Positions 1 through 12,720 of a stretch of DNA of 64,000 bases are shown here, piece after piece. How positions within the stretch are numbered: position 1 is the first letter of the stretch; each line of letters starts with the position of its first letter. Origin of the DNA: Scyliorhinus canicula (lineage: Eukaryota); assembly GCF_902713615.1 (NCBI RefSeq), contig NC_052157.1:12014566-12078565 (forward strand), given 5' to 3'. Both the position numbers and the translations under genes were made by a program. The notes beneath the pieces are model-generated. The model was not told the DNA's origin. It made no database searches and saw only the letters and a list, made by a program, of their open reading frames with translations.

Positions 1-86
1 CTTTGTTACTCGCCCAGGTAGGATTATTCCAAAACACATTACCGTCTTTTTTTTAAACTTTTTTTTCCCCGATCCAATTTACTTTC

Positions 87-321
87 TTTTTTTAAAAAAT
101 AAAGTTAAAGTACCCAATTCATTTTTTCCAATTAAGTGGCAATTTAGCGTGGCCAATCCACCTACCCTGCACATCTTTTGGGTTGTGGGGGGGGGCGAAA
201 CCCACGTAAACACGGGGAGAATGTGCAAACTCCACACGGACAGTGACCCAGAGCCGGGATCGAACCTGGGACCTCGGTGCCGTGAGGCAGCAGTGCTATC
301 CACTGCGCCACCGTGCTGCCC
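87..321 (-). mobile_element. Short A-tailed HE1-type SINE, TSD aatttactttc
   Basis: tRNA-like head gggcagcacggtggcgcagtgg, V-domain, A-rich tail; TSD at 76-86 and 322-332. Confidence 0.9.
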
Positions 322-1114
322 AATTTACTTTCGTTTTTGACGGATTTCAAATTGGACATTGCCTGATCTCAACTTCTCACATTCTCTGTACCGTTTTAAT
401 AAGGAACAGGTGCTCCAAGCTGTCCTTTCGCAGCTTCTTCTCCACCCGGTGAGGCCAAGTTTAAAGAGGCAGCTACACGAGCCTGCCCCAAACTAGGCAA
501 CGGTCCGCACTGGCAGTCCAGACACCTCAAATTACCCTGGGAAGACGTTTGAAGTATCAAGGTGCAGTACTTGTGCCTTCCAGCAGATGGAGTATTGTAT
601 TCATTCAACAACAAATTTTCAGGCTGGGACATGAGTTTAGAGCATTGAGCTATTGGAATACTCGTGAGGGCTTACCTATCAGGGCAGGACTGGCTAGCTG
701 CGTCGCTTTCCTTTTGTAAAAAAAAGAAGGGTCACCTAATAGAGGTCTATAAATTCTGAAAGATTTTGAGAGAGTGGAGACACAGAGCATGTTTCCTCTG
801 GTGACCAGAGGCCCCCCAAGAAATCCAACAGGGAACTCAGGAGAATGTTAAATAGCCAGAGAGTGCTGAGAATGTGGACCTCGCTACACCAGGGGCGGTT
901 GAAGTGAGGGAACAGGTTCAGATGAGGAAAGATGAGAGGAGGCTCGAACGGAACAGAATCACCGGCCTGGAGGGCAGGAATAATTCAGCTGGTTCTGTAT
1001 CTCACGTGGCATGGCCAGAGAATTCAGCCGAGTTAGTAAATGCACCGTTTCACAGCGAGCGCGGAGACAATCCAGCATAGGAGAGTGCAAAATGCTTCAA
1101 ATGGAAGAGGTTCA

Positions 1115-1310
1115 GCGGGATTCTCCATCGGCGGAGTCCTCCGCTCCGCCGGCAGCGCAACCACGCCCGCGGGTTTCCCGACGGCTCGGGGGAGGAGGGG
1201 GGGGGCACAATGGGGAACCCCATTGTGCCGGCTGCGGGAACGGAGGATCCCGCTGCCGGCCGGGGCGCGCCGTGCCGGAATCGCGGCTGGCAAACAGGAA
1301 AATCCCACCC
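1115..1310. mobile_element. GC-rich MITE-like element with imperfect terminal inverted repeats
   Basis: gcgggattctcc ... ggaaaatcccaccc; a related fragment lies at about 25000-25130. Confidence 0.5.
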
Positions 1311-1432
1311 GTTAAGTTTAAACAGAGTTACCCTTGGTGTGGGAGGTCCTGTCGCTGACAGAAGATGCCTGAGATGGTTAAATGTGTTGTTTGCCAGGAT
1401 TGACATTCTCCTCCCATTTCCTGAGAAGCACA

Positions 1433-1560
1433 AAACACACACACACACACACATTTTCAGGCTCTCTCTCACACACAACATATACACACACACTCACACA
1501 TATATAGATACACAAACACACACACACACATACATATATACTCACACAACCACACACAAA
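1433..1560. repeat. (CA)n/(TA)n-rich microsatellite
   Basis: Visible dinucleotide runs. Confidence 0.9.
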
Positions 1561-2069
1561 CAAGTCTTTAAAAAAGGATCTAATAACTTGCAATCAATGA
1601 GAGAATTCAGTGCTACACTGGTCAGACTGAAGGATCACAGGTGCCCCACCCTCTTCTGCCACCAAGATCCATGTTTAGCTGGCTGAAATCACCCAGGACG
1701 ACAGTAGATTCATTGCAATTGTCCCAAATCCCTGAGCTAAGGACAGATGGGGTGGGGAGGTGGATAAGTAGCTGGGCAAGATTCCCGTTCCAGATCGCCA
1801 CCCAGTGGCTCCTGGAGAATCTGTGAGACTGCAGAGAGGAGGAAAGGATGGGATCGACCGCGACACCCTCACCATCTTGGGGTGACAGGTCAATCAGACC
1901 AAAACCTGTGGGACTGCAATTTAGTAAATAGCCCGGAGAAAACGGAGGTTGGGGAGAAAAATAAAATAATGCAGTGCAGTTTTGTGATACTCATTCACCA
2001 GCAGATACCATTCCTTGTTCGTGTGACATAGGAAAAGCAACGTTCCTCTTCCTAATCTGGCAATGGTGT

Positions 2070-2075
2070 TTTATT
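2070..2075 (-). terminator. AATAAA polyadenylation signal 2 nt after the ISG20 stop
   Basis: Minus strand reads TAG TG AATAAA. Confidence 0.45.
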
Positions 2076-2077
2076 CA

Positions 2078-2218
2078 CTAAAATCGATTCTCAAATCGAT
2101 TCACTATCTCCACTTTCTTTCCCTGTTTGAGGAAAAGTTCCCACGTTATGTCCACGAGTTTAAAAAGTTCCATAGCCGCCTTGGCATCTTCAACGGATGA
2201 GTGTCCTCTGTAGCTGTC
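2078..2218 (-). CDS. ISG20: ISG20-like coding exon 3 (to stop)
   Basis: Acceptor tttctttaacag|GAC. Reads DSYRGHSSVEDAKAAMELFKLVDITWELFLKQGKKVEIVNRFENRF*, with Exo III H150/D155. Not in the ORF track; translated by hand. Confidence 0.88.
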   Translation of the reverse strand, partial: DSYRGHSSVEDAKAAMELFKLVDITWELFLKQGKKVEIVNRFENRF

Positions 2219-2327
2219 CTGTTAAAGAAAAGAAGGAGTGAACCGTCAGGAGATGCCCAAGGATAAAGTACGTATGGCTCACCCATCCCGCTGCCCGGGA
2301 ACCTGGCCAACTTCAGCCGCATTGGAA

Positions 2328-2641
2328 AATAATCATAATCTTTATTCTTGTCACAAGTAGGCTCACATTAACACTGCAGTTAAGTTACTGTGAAAAGCCC
2401 CTAGTCGCCACAGTCTGGCACCTGTTCAGGTACACAGTGGGAGAATTCAGAATGTCCAATTCACCTAACAAGCACGTCTTTCGGAACTTGTGAGAGGAAA
2501 CGGGAGTGCCCGGAGGAAACTCACGCAGACACGGGGCGAACGTGCAGACTCCCGCACAGACAGTGACCCAATCCAGGAATTGAACCCGGGTCCCTGGCGC
2601 TGTGAAGCAACGGTGCTAACCACTGTGCTACCGTGCTGCCC
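2328..2641 (-). mobile_element. HE1-headed SINE with an alternative tail. Similar copies at about 25360-25620, 26483-26788, 30435-30655, 53850-54148 (all minus)
   Basis: HE1 head joined to ...tgtggcgactaggggcttttcacagtaact...cctacttgtgacaa...aataaagattat. Confidence 0.85.
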
Positions 2642-2699
2642 CCCCCCCTGGCAGGAAGGGACATAAAATCTCACCCAGCGTTTATCTTACTTGGCTGTG

Positions 2700-2917
2700 G
2701 GGGCGGCACGATGGCGCGGTGGTTAGCACTGCTGCCTAAGGCGCTGAGGACCCGGGTTTGATCCCGGCCCTGGGTCACTGTGTGGTGTTTGCACATTCTC
2801 CGCGTGTCTGCATGGCTCTCACCCCAACAAGCCAAAGACGTGAAAGGTAGGTGGATTGGCCACGCTAAATTGCCCCTTAATTGGAAAGAAAATTGGGTAC
2901 TCTTAATTTTAAAAAAA
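2700..2917 (+). mobile_element. Short A-tailed HE1-type SINE, 16-bp TSD
   Basis: TSD atcttac(t/g)tggctgtg at 2684-2699 and 2918-2933. Confidence 0.88.
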
Positions 2918-3125
2918 ATCTTACGTGGCTGTGCTTGATGAGGTAGTACTGGGAGAGAGATTTACTCTGTGTCTATTCTCCACTGAAGGGTTGGTAGCAC
3001 AGTGGTAATGTCACTGGACTAGCAATCTAGGCTCTCGGGAGATAGATTCAAATCTTGAATTGAAAACTTGTCTCAATAACTGTGAGCCCAAAACGTATCA
3101 TCGATTGTTGTTAAAAACCCATCTG

Positions 3126-3821
3126 ATGGGGATCCTAGACAGAATAGTCTCTAGGAGGGAAGAAGGGGAGAGTAGAGTCTCGGGTATTTATAAGGTGCTC
3201 ATGAGGGAGGGAGGGTCCCAGACAGAGGAACTGAAACTTAAATGGGAGGAGGAGCTAGGCGGGGAAATTGAGGATGGGCTGTGGGCAGAGGCCCTGAGTA
3301 GGGTAAATTCGACCGCGACATGTGCTAGGCTCGGGCTGATTCAATTTAAGGTCGTTCACCGGGCCCATATGACGGTGGCTCGGATGAGCAAATTCTTCGG
3401 GATAGAGGACAAATGCGCTAGGTGCGCGGGAGGACCAGCGAACCACATTCACATGTTTTGGGCATGCCCTAAGCTGAGGGGGTACTGGGAGGGTTTTGCG
3501 GGGGTCATGTCCCGGGTGCTAAAAACAAGGGCGGTGATGATTCCAGGGGTGGCAATTTTGGGGGTTTCGGAAGACCCGGGCGTCCAGGGGGAGAAAGAGG
3601 CCGATGTTTTGGCCTTTGCTTCCCTGATAGCCCGGCGACGAATACTATTGGCGTGGAGGGACTCAAAGCCCCCGAAGACTGAGTGGTGGCTTGCGGACAT
3701 GTCGAGTTTCCTGGGTATGAAAAAAATTAAGTTCGCCTTGAGGGGATCTGTGCAGGGGTTCGCCCGGAGGTGGCAACCATTTATTGACTTCTTTGCGGGA
3801 GAGTGAGCGTCAGCAGGGGGT

Positions 3822-3857
<36 letters not shown>

Positions 3858-4049
3858 AGCGTAGAGTAGGAGGGAAAATATGGCGGGTAGTACCGGTGGG
3901 AGAGGAGCGGGCTTGTGCAATATGTTACGATGGAAGTATTGAAAGTACGTGGATGTTTGCACATTTTTGCCTTTTTTGCTTTCTTTCTGATGATGTCTGT
4001 AACTGTTTATAAAGCCAAAAACTACCTCAATAAAATTGTTTATTAAAAA
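3126..4049 (+). mobile_element. 5'-truncated L1 (ORF2 C-terminus, G-rich 3'UTR, poly(A)) with 13-bp TSD
   Basis: KCARCAGGPANHIHMFWAC zinc knuckle; AATAAA plus A tail; TSD aaaaacccatctg at 3113-3125 and 4050-4062; target TT/AAAA. Confidence 0.9.
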
Positions 4050-4529
4050 AAAAACCCATCTGGTTCACCAATGTCCTTTGGGGAAAGAAATCTGCCGTCC
4101 TTACCTGGTCTGGCCTACATGTGACTCCAGACCCACGGCAATATGGTTGACTCTCTACTGCCCCTCGGAAGTGACCTAGCAAGCCACTCAGTTCGAGGGC
4201 AATTAGGGATGGGCAATAATGCCCACATCCCATGAAAACATAAATATAACTTCTGGCAAAGATTCCAACAGAAATGTTTGCTAATTTTATTTTAGATGCT
4301 GACTGACCAATAATGCGTCTTCACTATATTTTGTCGCTATTTCAAAATATCGAGCCTCTTTTTATCTTTTCTTTTAAACCCTTCCGCAATTTACATACTA
4401 AAGAATCGATGTGAATCTTCAGAGAGCAATTCCAGCATAAATGTGTGCAGAGTGATTAACCATTCCTAACTCGCATACAATCCATTAAAGTAGCTATGTA
4501 CATAATTATATATATATATATTCGTACCA

Positions 4530-4745
4530 GTGGAAAGAGAGTGAACAGAAAGAACGAGACAGAGAGATGAAGAGAGAAAGGATGAGAGGAGAGAGATGAG
4601 AAGGTGAGCAAGAGAAATCAAGAGGAGATCTTGAGAGATAAAAGGTGAGAGAGAGGAGAAAGGGAGTGATAAAGGCGAGAATAAGAGAGAGAGAGATTCC
4701 AAGAATGAGAGAGGAGAGAGAGCAAGACAGAGAAAGGGAGAGTGT
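4530..4745. repeat. GA-rich low-complexity purine tract
   Basis: Imperfect (GA)n. Confidence 0.85.
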
Positions 4746-5316
4746 CAAGCTGTTGGCAGAATGCTGGTGTAGAATTTACTCTCTAGACATGGCTCAGAGC
4801 ATTCCATGAGGAAAAGGTAAAATACAAATTTGCTCTTTTATTAATGAGGAACCCAGGGTAACGACTAAGGCTTCCTTTCACAAAACACAAGTAGGCATTA
4901 GAATAGGAAGTTAGTGGTTTGTTGAAATGAAGCAACACCAGGTTTGGGTAGGAGGAAGGGACAGATCTAGGGAGTTTTATGATTCTAGGAACAGGAGTTT
5001 ATGATTCCAGGAATGGGTGAGCTAACGTAGAATGAAATGAAAATCGCTTATTGTCACAAGTAGGCTTCAAATTAAGTTACTGTGAAAAGCCCCTAGTCGC
5101 CACATTCCGGCACCTGTTCGGGGAGGCTGGTACGGGAATTGAATCGTGCTGCTGGCCTGCCTTGGTCTGCTTTCAAAGCCAGCGATTTAGTCCTGTGCTA
5201 AACCAGCCCCGACAAGACAGTACAGTGGCTTAGAGAATTTGAAGCAAACAGAATTTAAAAAATCAGAGGAAGGTTGTTCAGTGTATCCGAGTGTCTGTCA
5301 CACAAAGCCCATTTAC

Positions 5317-5517
5317 CTGTATCCTTTTCCCCAGTAACATCTGGCAGAGGGCTTTTAATGAGGCCCGCCTGTCAGTCTTCAGGTTTGCCTTTACGATCAG
5401 TAACTTGCACGACGATGTGTCCCGTATGGAATAATCTGAGATGTCAGTTTTCAGGCATCGAAAGTCCGATCTAGGATCATGGCCCACGACAATTTTCCCT
5501 TGTATAATCTTCAAAAT
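5317..5517 (-). CDS. ISG20: ISG20-like coding exon 2 (201 bp)
   Basis: Acceptor tttcag|ATT and donor CAG|GTAAAT. Reads ILKIIQGKIVVGHDPRSDFRCLK...IRDTS...RASLKALCQMLLGKRIQ, carrying Exo II D95. Confidence 0.9.
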
Positions 5518-6109
5518 CTGAAAGGAATTGTTCAACAGTTCATTAGACGAATGTGCATTTATACAACCACAGGTCAGCTCAAAGCTTTTCATAACCAATG
5601 ATGTATGTTCAAATTATCGTCACTGTTGCCATGTATGCAGTTGCGATAGCCGATTTGCACACAGCAGGTGTAAATGACTGATTAATCCTTTTGATCGGGG
5701 TTGATCAGGGTCCCCTGTTTGCCTGGGCTTCAGGAGACCCCCAGTTGTGACGAAGGGGCCTCAATCTGTAATGTTATATCCCCGTTTCTCTTACCACCGG
5801 TGCTGCTTGACCTGCTGAGTGGCTTATGGGAACATTCGAACTGGAGGAGGCCATTCAGCCCCTCGAACCTGTTGTCATGGCTGAGAGATATCTGAACTCC
5901 GTTTATGCGCCATCATTCTGTAACCCTTGCCACCTCAGCCTAACAAAAATCTATCGATCGCAGTTTTGAAATTGCCAAGTGACAACATCAACCGCTTTAC
6001 TGGGGGGATAGAGATTGACATTTCTACGAACGTTTGATGTGAAGAAGTGTCTCCCTGAAAACCATGGCCTATTTGTCCTGGATATCCTGACCAGAGGAAA
6101 TAGATTTCT

Positions 6110-6865
6110 TCGAACTGGCTTGGTCATATAGACAGAGGGTAGCAGTGGAAGGATGTTTTTACGAATGGAGGTCTGTAACTAGTGGTGTTCCGCAGGAATC
6201 AGTTCTGGGACCTCTGCTGTTTGTAATATATATAAATTACTTGGAAGAAAACGTAACGGGTCTGATCGGCAAGTTTGCAGATGATTCTAAGATGGCAGGA
6301 GTTGCGGATAGTGATGAAGATTGTCAGAGAATACAACAGGATATGCTGTATCCAATTCTGGTCACCACACTACCAGAAGGACGTGGAGGCTTTGGAGAGA
6401 GTACAGAAAAGGTTCACCAGGATGTTGCCTGGTATGGAGCGTATTAGCTTTGAGGAGAGATTGAATAAACTGGGATTGTTCTCCCTAGAGAGATGGAGGC
6501 TGAGGGGCGACCTGATAGAAGTTTATAAAATTGAGGGGTATAGATAGGGTGAACAGTTGGAGGCTTTTTCCCAGGGCGGAAATGACAATTAAAAGGGAGC
6601 ACAAGTTCAAGGTGAGGGGGGAAAGGTTCAGTGGAGATGTGCGAGGGAAGTTTTTTTACACAGAGGATGGTGGTGGTCTGGAATGCACTGCCAAGTGAGA
6701 TGGTTGAGGCAGATACATTAGCGACCTTTAAGGCTTATCTGGATAGACACATGAACAGATGGGGTATACAACGATATAGGCAGTTGGTTTAGATAGGACA
6801 CGTGATCAGCACAGGCTTGTAGGGCCGAAGAGCCTGTTCCTGTGCTGTATTGTTCTTTGTTCTAA
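6110..6865 (+). mobile_element. CR1 3' fragment with internal deletion
   Basis: SGVPQESVLGP, KFADD, CIQFWSPHYQKD, CR1 tail. Confidence 0.85.
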
Positions 6866-8009
6866 CTGTCAATTCTTTTCACCATCCCAATCATCTAACC
6901 TATTTTTCCAGCTTTACTTGTTTTTTTTTTGATGGTGGATGATTTATTGTTCTTCTGTAGATATTGTTCAGAATCTTTTATGCCCATCCGAAGAGGCAGA
7001 TTGTTGGTGGAGCGAGGGGTACACTTGGGAAGAGCTCAGTTTAGTATCTCAACTTGTGTCAATGAAAGTGGACATCAAGCTGTTGGCTGGTCATAAAGAT
7101 CAAACTGCCCATTCAGTCCAACGTGTCCATGTTGACACTTACCCCCCACCTGCTCTTCATCAACCCCATCAGAAGATTGTTCTATTATTTTCTCCACCTT
7201 GTGTTTATCCAGTTTCACCTAAAAGGTGTCGGTACTTTTAACATCGTCCACCTCCCTGGGGAGCACGTTCCACATTCTCACCTCTCTCTGAATTCCCTAT
7301 TGGATTTATTGGTGTCTTATGACCCCCTAGTTCTGTTCGTACCCACAAGTGAGAACATTTTCCCAACATTTACCCTATCAAGCCCTTCCATAATCTTAAA
7401 AAACATTACATCAAGACACCCCTCAGTCTTCCCTTTACTGAAAAAAAGCAATCTTAGCCTCTTCAGTCTTTTCTGATGGGCAAAATTTCTCATTGCATGT
7501 TATTAAGTCTGTTTTTCCGTAATCTCTGGTCCCTCTATAAAAGAATCATAGAATTTACAGTACAGAAGGAGGCCATTGGGCCCATCGAGTCTGCCCCAGA
7601 CCCTGGAAAGAGCACCCTACCTAAGCCCACGCCTCTCCCTATCCCTGTAACCCAGCAACCCCGTCTATCTTTGTGGACACAAAGCAGCAATTTAGCATGG
7701 CCAATCCACCTAACCTGCACATCTTTGGACTGTGGGAGGAAACTGGAGCACCCGGAGGAAACCCACGCAGACACGGGGAGAAAATGCAAACTCCACACAG
7801 ACAGTCACCCGAGGCCGGAATGCCTCCAATTTGAGTTTTTCTGTTAGTTTGCAAACTGTCTGTGGACACCAAAGTTCTATCACCTCATCAGTCACCGAAT
7901 CTCATTTTCCCATTCATCCCAAAAAAGAGTATGGAACTCCTCCATCTGATGTTTTCTTACAAGCTACGGTGATGAATGTAGGAAATTTTTAGATATATTG
8001 AATGTGTCT

Positions 8010-8617
8010 GTTGCAGTAATGTTATTAAAATATCTTAAGTTAAGGCATCGAGATTATCTGTTAAAGCTGTGATTAATGGGTTAACAGCAAGGCAGGCTGT
8101 GATGTCACTTGTGGGAGGGACTGGGTCTGGTTTCAGTTTTGTTTTCAGGCCTGCCCTGGATCTGTTTTCAGTTCCATTTTCCGAGTTCTGCTCTGGGTTC
8201 TGAGGAAAGGGGTTGTGTTTCTCAGACTGACTTCTGATGGCTTCTCTCCAAGGACTTTTGTGAATAAATCTGTAAGCCACTAAGTGTTAACTTCATTCAT
8301 AAGTGGCATTTGACCTGTGTGTGGATTTTGCTTCATTGAAATTTTAGAAGTAGACATAAAGTAAGCTCTTTGACCTTCTTTTAAAAAAATAACTGATTAA
8401 CCGTTAATTGAAGAGCTTTTTTATCACTTGGATGTTGATGAGGTCAATGCAGTGTTTATAATAAAGTTTGCTTCAATACAAAAAAATCCCTATTTGTCAA
8501 TGAAATCGCGTCTGGGGGTGAAGTATCCTTTCCTCACAATTAACAAATTGAAAAATTGTGTGGGGTTCTCATCCAGCTTCCGAATATAAATTGGGGGTCT
8601 GCTCTGTTACCGTAACA
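8010..8617 (+). mobile_element. Possible degenerate solo LTR
   Basis: TGTT...TAACA ends and an internal AATAAA. No TSD found. Confidence 0.35.
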
Positions 8618-9049
8618 CTACAGGCTTTCAAAACCAACACTAGGAGTAGTCACCCAACTCATTATTTCTGATTTCACCCCCTGCTCTATTTAACCTGGGT
8701 GATGAGCCACAAACTCCATTGAAACTCCATCATTTTTCCAAATATTAAATTCCCATAGAACTGTAAATTCCATTTTCCTTCCCTCCGCTTTTCCAATAAC
8801 TTTCTCCCCTCCTCTCCTGAAGGTGCCATATCACTAGAATCATAAAGTACAGAAGGGCAAAGTCTCAGTCCATCGTGACGGTGCCTTTTGGGTGTATAAT
8901 TTAACTGGAGTTGGTCACGTGCCATTGTGCATCCCATTGGCTAGTGATCGCTGGTAAGCTTGGTCAGTATGTCTTGGCAGATCACAGAGCGTGGGATGAT
9001 GTGGTTATCATGGTCAAGCTCAAACCTGACCTCCGCACACCGATGCCTG

Positions 9050-12000
9050 CTGTATGTCTAGAAAGGCCCACAAATAAGCAATCAGAAGCAGAAGTCCTCA
9101 TGTTCTGAGGTCTGGCTGTTGAACCCGTCCTAGAGCCGAGAGATGAACGCCGGGGCCCTGCTAGCCCCCTGGAAAATGGAGAATCACTTTCAAAGAAGAA
9201 GTCTGGAGTGATTCTCACCCATTTTCCAGCGGGCGTGGGGACCGCTCAAGGTGTTCGCTCCGCTAGAGTTTGACAGGATGCACCGGGCTTCCCGACAGAA
9301 GCCAAAGTCAAACCAGCCACCGCACGCAGTAATCATGCGGTTTCACAACTACCAGAGGAAGGTGTGAGTCCTGGTGTGGGCCAAGAAGTGTTGGAATATC
9401 GACTGGGAGGGAAATATTGTGCGCATGTACCAGGACATGGCGAGGCGGAGGGCAGCCTTTAATAGGGTGAAGGCTGTGTTGTATGACAAGGGTGTGGGGT
9501 TCGGAGTGGTGTATCAGCGAACCTGACAATCACGTTGGGTTGAAAGGACCATTGTTTTGACTCGCTGGAGCAGGCCAAGGCCTTTGTCAAGGGGCAAGGA
9601 ATGGAAATGGTTTGAGGAGGGATGGTGGGCTTCTTTTCTTTCCTTTTGGTACAGGTTGAGCTGGGGCAATTGTAAATATTGTGGGTTATGTTTGTTGTTC
9701 TCCTTGTGGCCTTGTCGTGCGTTCTGGACGACAGGTGGGGTTCTTTGTTTTTTTTCTTTCTCTTTTTTTAAATAAATTTCCAACAAAGGCAATTTAGCGT
9801 GGCCAATCGGGGTGAGACCCATGCAGACACAGGGGAGAATGTGCAAACTCCACACGGACAGTGACCCGGGGCTGGGATCGAACACGGGTCCTCGGCGCCT
9901 GGAGGCTGTTCCTTAATTTCTCTTTAGGTGATTAGGTCCACGGGGGATGGTAGAAAGAGGGGTTTTTTGGTATAATAATTGGAAGGAAGGATCAACATGG
10001 TGTTATGTTGGGACTTGAACATGGGAGATGGGGTCATGGCAGTGGGGTGGGGGAGGAGTGGATCACAGACCTTTATTCTGGTTGTTTTTGGGGTTGGACC
10101 TTGGGGTGGCAGACATTACTAGTGCTAGGAGTTAAGCTAGTTAACGGATGTGGTGTGGGGGGTGGAGCTGTGACTTGTTGGCCCAGTTAGTCGATGGGTC
10201 TAGAGAGTGTTATTGGGAGGGGGTTAGTGGAGGCGGCAGATAATCTGCCAACTTGGGGGGAGGAGGCGGGGCAGTTTTTCTTTGCCTCACCCTTGGGGGT
10301 TTAATGCACATGTGAACACGGAGGCCATGGAGGGGCGACAGAAACTGCTGAATCAGATCTGATGTATGGATCTCAGGTTTGCGAGTGACCCAAGCCCAGA
10401 ACTTTGGGCGTGCAATCTGACTTGATGTCCACAGACATGGCCGTGCGGCCACGAAGGAGGGCAAAAGGGGCAGTAAACGAATATGGGGAGAAGACGAATC
10501 GGCTCTTGGCTCATGAACTGAGGTCACCGGAGACAGACAGGGAAATTGTTCAGGTTAGAGATCAGGAGGGTAGGCCCCGGAGAAGGTGTATGGGGTGTTC
10601 AGGGCCTTCTACGAGGAGTTATATAGGTCAGAGCTGCCAGGATAATGAATAAGGGATAGTAATATTTTGGGGGGATCTGGAGTTTCCCCAACATAGGGGG
10701 AGGAGCTGCAGGAGGAGTTGGAATACCCGCTAGGTTTTGAGGAAATCTGGTTAGCGCTGAACAGATGCAGGCAGGAAAAGCATCGGGGCCGGGTGGGTTC
10801 CCGGTGGAGTTTTATAAAATGTTTGTGGATCAGTTGGGCCCTTTATTGTTGGGCATGTTCAGAGACTCCTTTGAGCGTGGTGCCCTCCCAGGGACATTGG
10901 ATCACGCCTCCATCTCGCTCCTCCTGAAGAAGGACCAAGGACCCCACGGAGTGTGGGTCGTACCGTCCGATTTCCATGCTGCACGTAGATCTCATATTGC
11001 TGGCCAAGGTGTTGGCATTAAGACTAGAGCCGTGCCTTCCGGAGGTGGTAGGGGAATATCAGAGGGGATTCATGATGGCACGGAGGCTGTCAGCAAATGT
11101 GCACCAGTTGCTTAATGTGGTGCTTACCCCTGCAGACGGTCCGGTTCTGGAGGTCATTGTATCTCTGGATGCAGAGAAGGTGTTTGACTGGATGGAGGGG
11201 GAGTACATACCTGTTTATGGTATTGGAAAAATTTGGGTTGGGTCTGGGGTTTGTGCCCTGAATGCAGATATTGTATGCAGCTCTGTTTGCTAGTGTCTGT
11301 ATTAACAGTGTGGCCAATGACCAAGGGTTTTCGGGCTGCATCAGGGTACGAGGCAGGGGCGTCCGATGTCTCCTTTGCTGTTTGCTGCCTGTGGTGATAT
11401 GATTTGCATAGCTGTCTGCCATTGGGGCAGAACACCGGCTTACCATTGGCCCTGGTCGGTCATGTGCCTCTCGACCGATTGGTTGAGACCAGTCATGTGA
11501 CAGCTCTCCAATTGGTCGAGAGGCTGAGTTAACCACGCCTCCTTGCCGAGGTATAAATAGTCAAACGCCCGGCGGTCGTCCATTTTATTGTAGACAACCG
11601 CAGGGCTAAGTTCTAGTTTATTAAAGCCTAACTTTTGTAAAGCAACTCGTCTCTCGTGCAATTGATGGCTCATCACTGCCTCATTGGCGTTGAGGGCCTC
11701 GAAGGAATGGAATGGGATTGTTAGGGTATTGTTATTTGCCGAAGATTTGCTATTATACGTTAAGGACCTGGAAGGATCTGTTGGGAGTATTATGGGGATT
11801 CTGTGACGCTTTGGGACTCTCTTGGGCTACAAGCTGAACATAGGGAAGAGCGAATACTTTGTGATGGGGCACTGGGGTGAGAACTGGATTAAAGGGATTG
11901 TCATTTCTATTGGCAGGGAGATTGGGGACGGCTTCAGAGTCTGAATTACATGAGCTTGGTGGGGAAGATCAAGGCGGACCTGCAGAGGTGGGATTGTCTC

Positions 12001-12720
12001 CCATTATCACTGGCAGGTCGAGTCCAGTCAGTTAAGGTGAATATTTTGCCGAGATTCCCATTTTTAATACAGTGCCTCCCGGTGATTCTGCCCAAGTCAT
12101 TTTTCCGAGAGGTGGACTGACTTATTACTGGGTTTATTTGGGTAGGCAAGGTCCCGAGGACTTGGAGGGCAGGTGCTTCAGAGGCCAAAACAGGCAGAGA
12201 GCCTGGCGTTGCCAAATTTGTTGTACTATTATTGGACAGTCAACGCGGAGGAGATGCTGGGTGGTGTGGGATCTGGGAGCACTTTTGGGCTGGACGGAGT
12301 CGGAATCAGTCAGGAGGACAAGCCTGGGGGCAATGGTAACAGCGCCACTTCCGGTGGTGCTGGCGAAATCCTCCACAAATCCGGTGGTGGGGGCCAGGCT
12401 AAAAATCTGGAGGCAACTCCGCCAACAATTGCCAGCTTCACAGCTGGCTCCAATTTGTGCTAACCACCTATTCGAGCCGGCAAAGCTGGATGGCACATTT
12501 GGTGCATGGAAGGGGAGAGGGTTGGTGAAGGTGGGGGATCTATTTTTGGAGGGGTGATTTGCCAGCTTGGAGCAGTTAAAAGGAGAAGGTTGGCTCGTGA
12601 ACGAGGATGTGTAGGTACCTTCAGGTACAGAGCTGGGTTAAGGGGTTTTTCCCGCTTTTGTAAAAAGTGTTTGTGTCTTTTGTATAAAATGTGAAAAAAT
12701 TTAATTTCCCAAAACAAATC
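9050..12720 (+). mobile_element. Old decayed L1 (ORF1 and ORF2 remnants)
   Basis: Fragments PPHAVIMRFHNYQ, GEKTNRLLAH, KASGPGGFPVEFYK, SLDAEKVFD, GTRQGRPMSPLLFA, LPLSLAGRVQSVK, LPNLLYYYW. Confidence 0.8.
11390..11675 (+). mobile_element. Solo LTR (286 bp) with 5-bp TSD
   Basis: TG...CA ends; TSD ctgcc at 11385-11389 and 11676-11680; several CCAAT/ATTGG, TATAAA near 11552, ATTAAA near 11620. Interrupts the L1 RT region. Confidence 0.85.

Noticed and set aside
79-452. Recurrent short ORFs such as LGHCPCGVCTFSP and PKMCRLGGLAMLNC across the window
   Set aside because: They are translations of HE1 SINE copies, not genes.
396-632. 78-aa minus-strand ORF in unique sequence (also the ORF at 6939-7241)
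   Set aside because: No recognisable domain or consistent splice structure.
3817-3856. Long poly-G tract as a special G-quadruplex locus
   Set aside because: It is the ordinary G-rich L1 3'UTR (also 57071-57125), and homopolymer length is assembly-sensitive.
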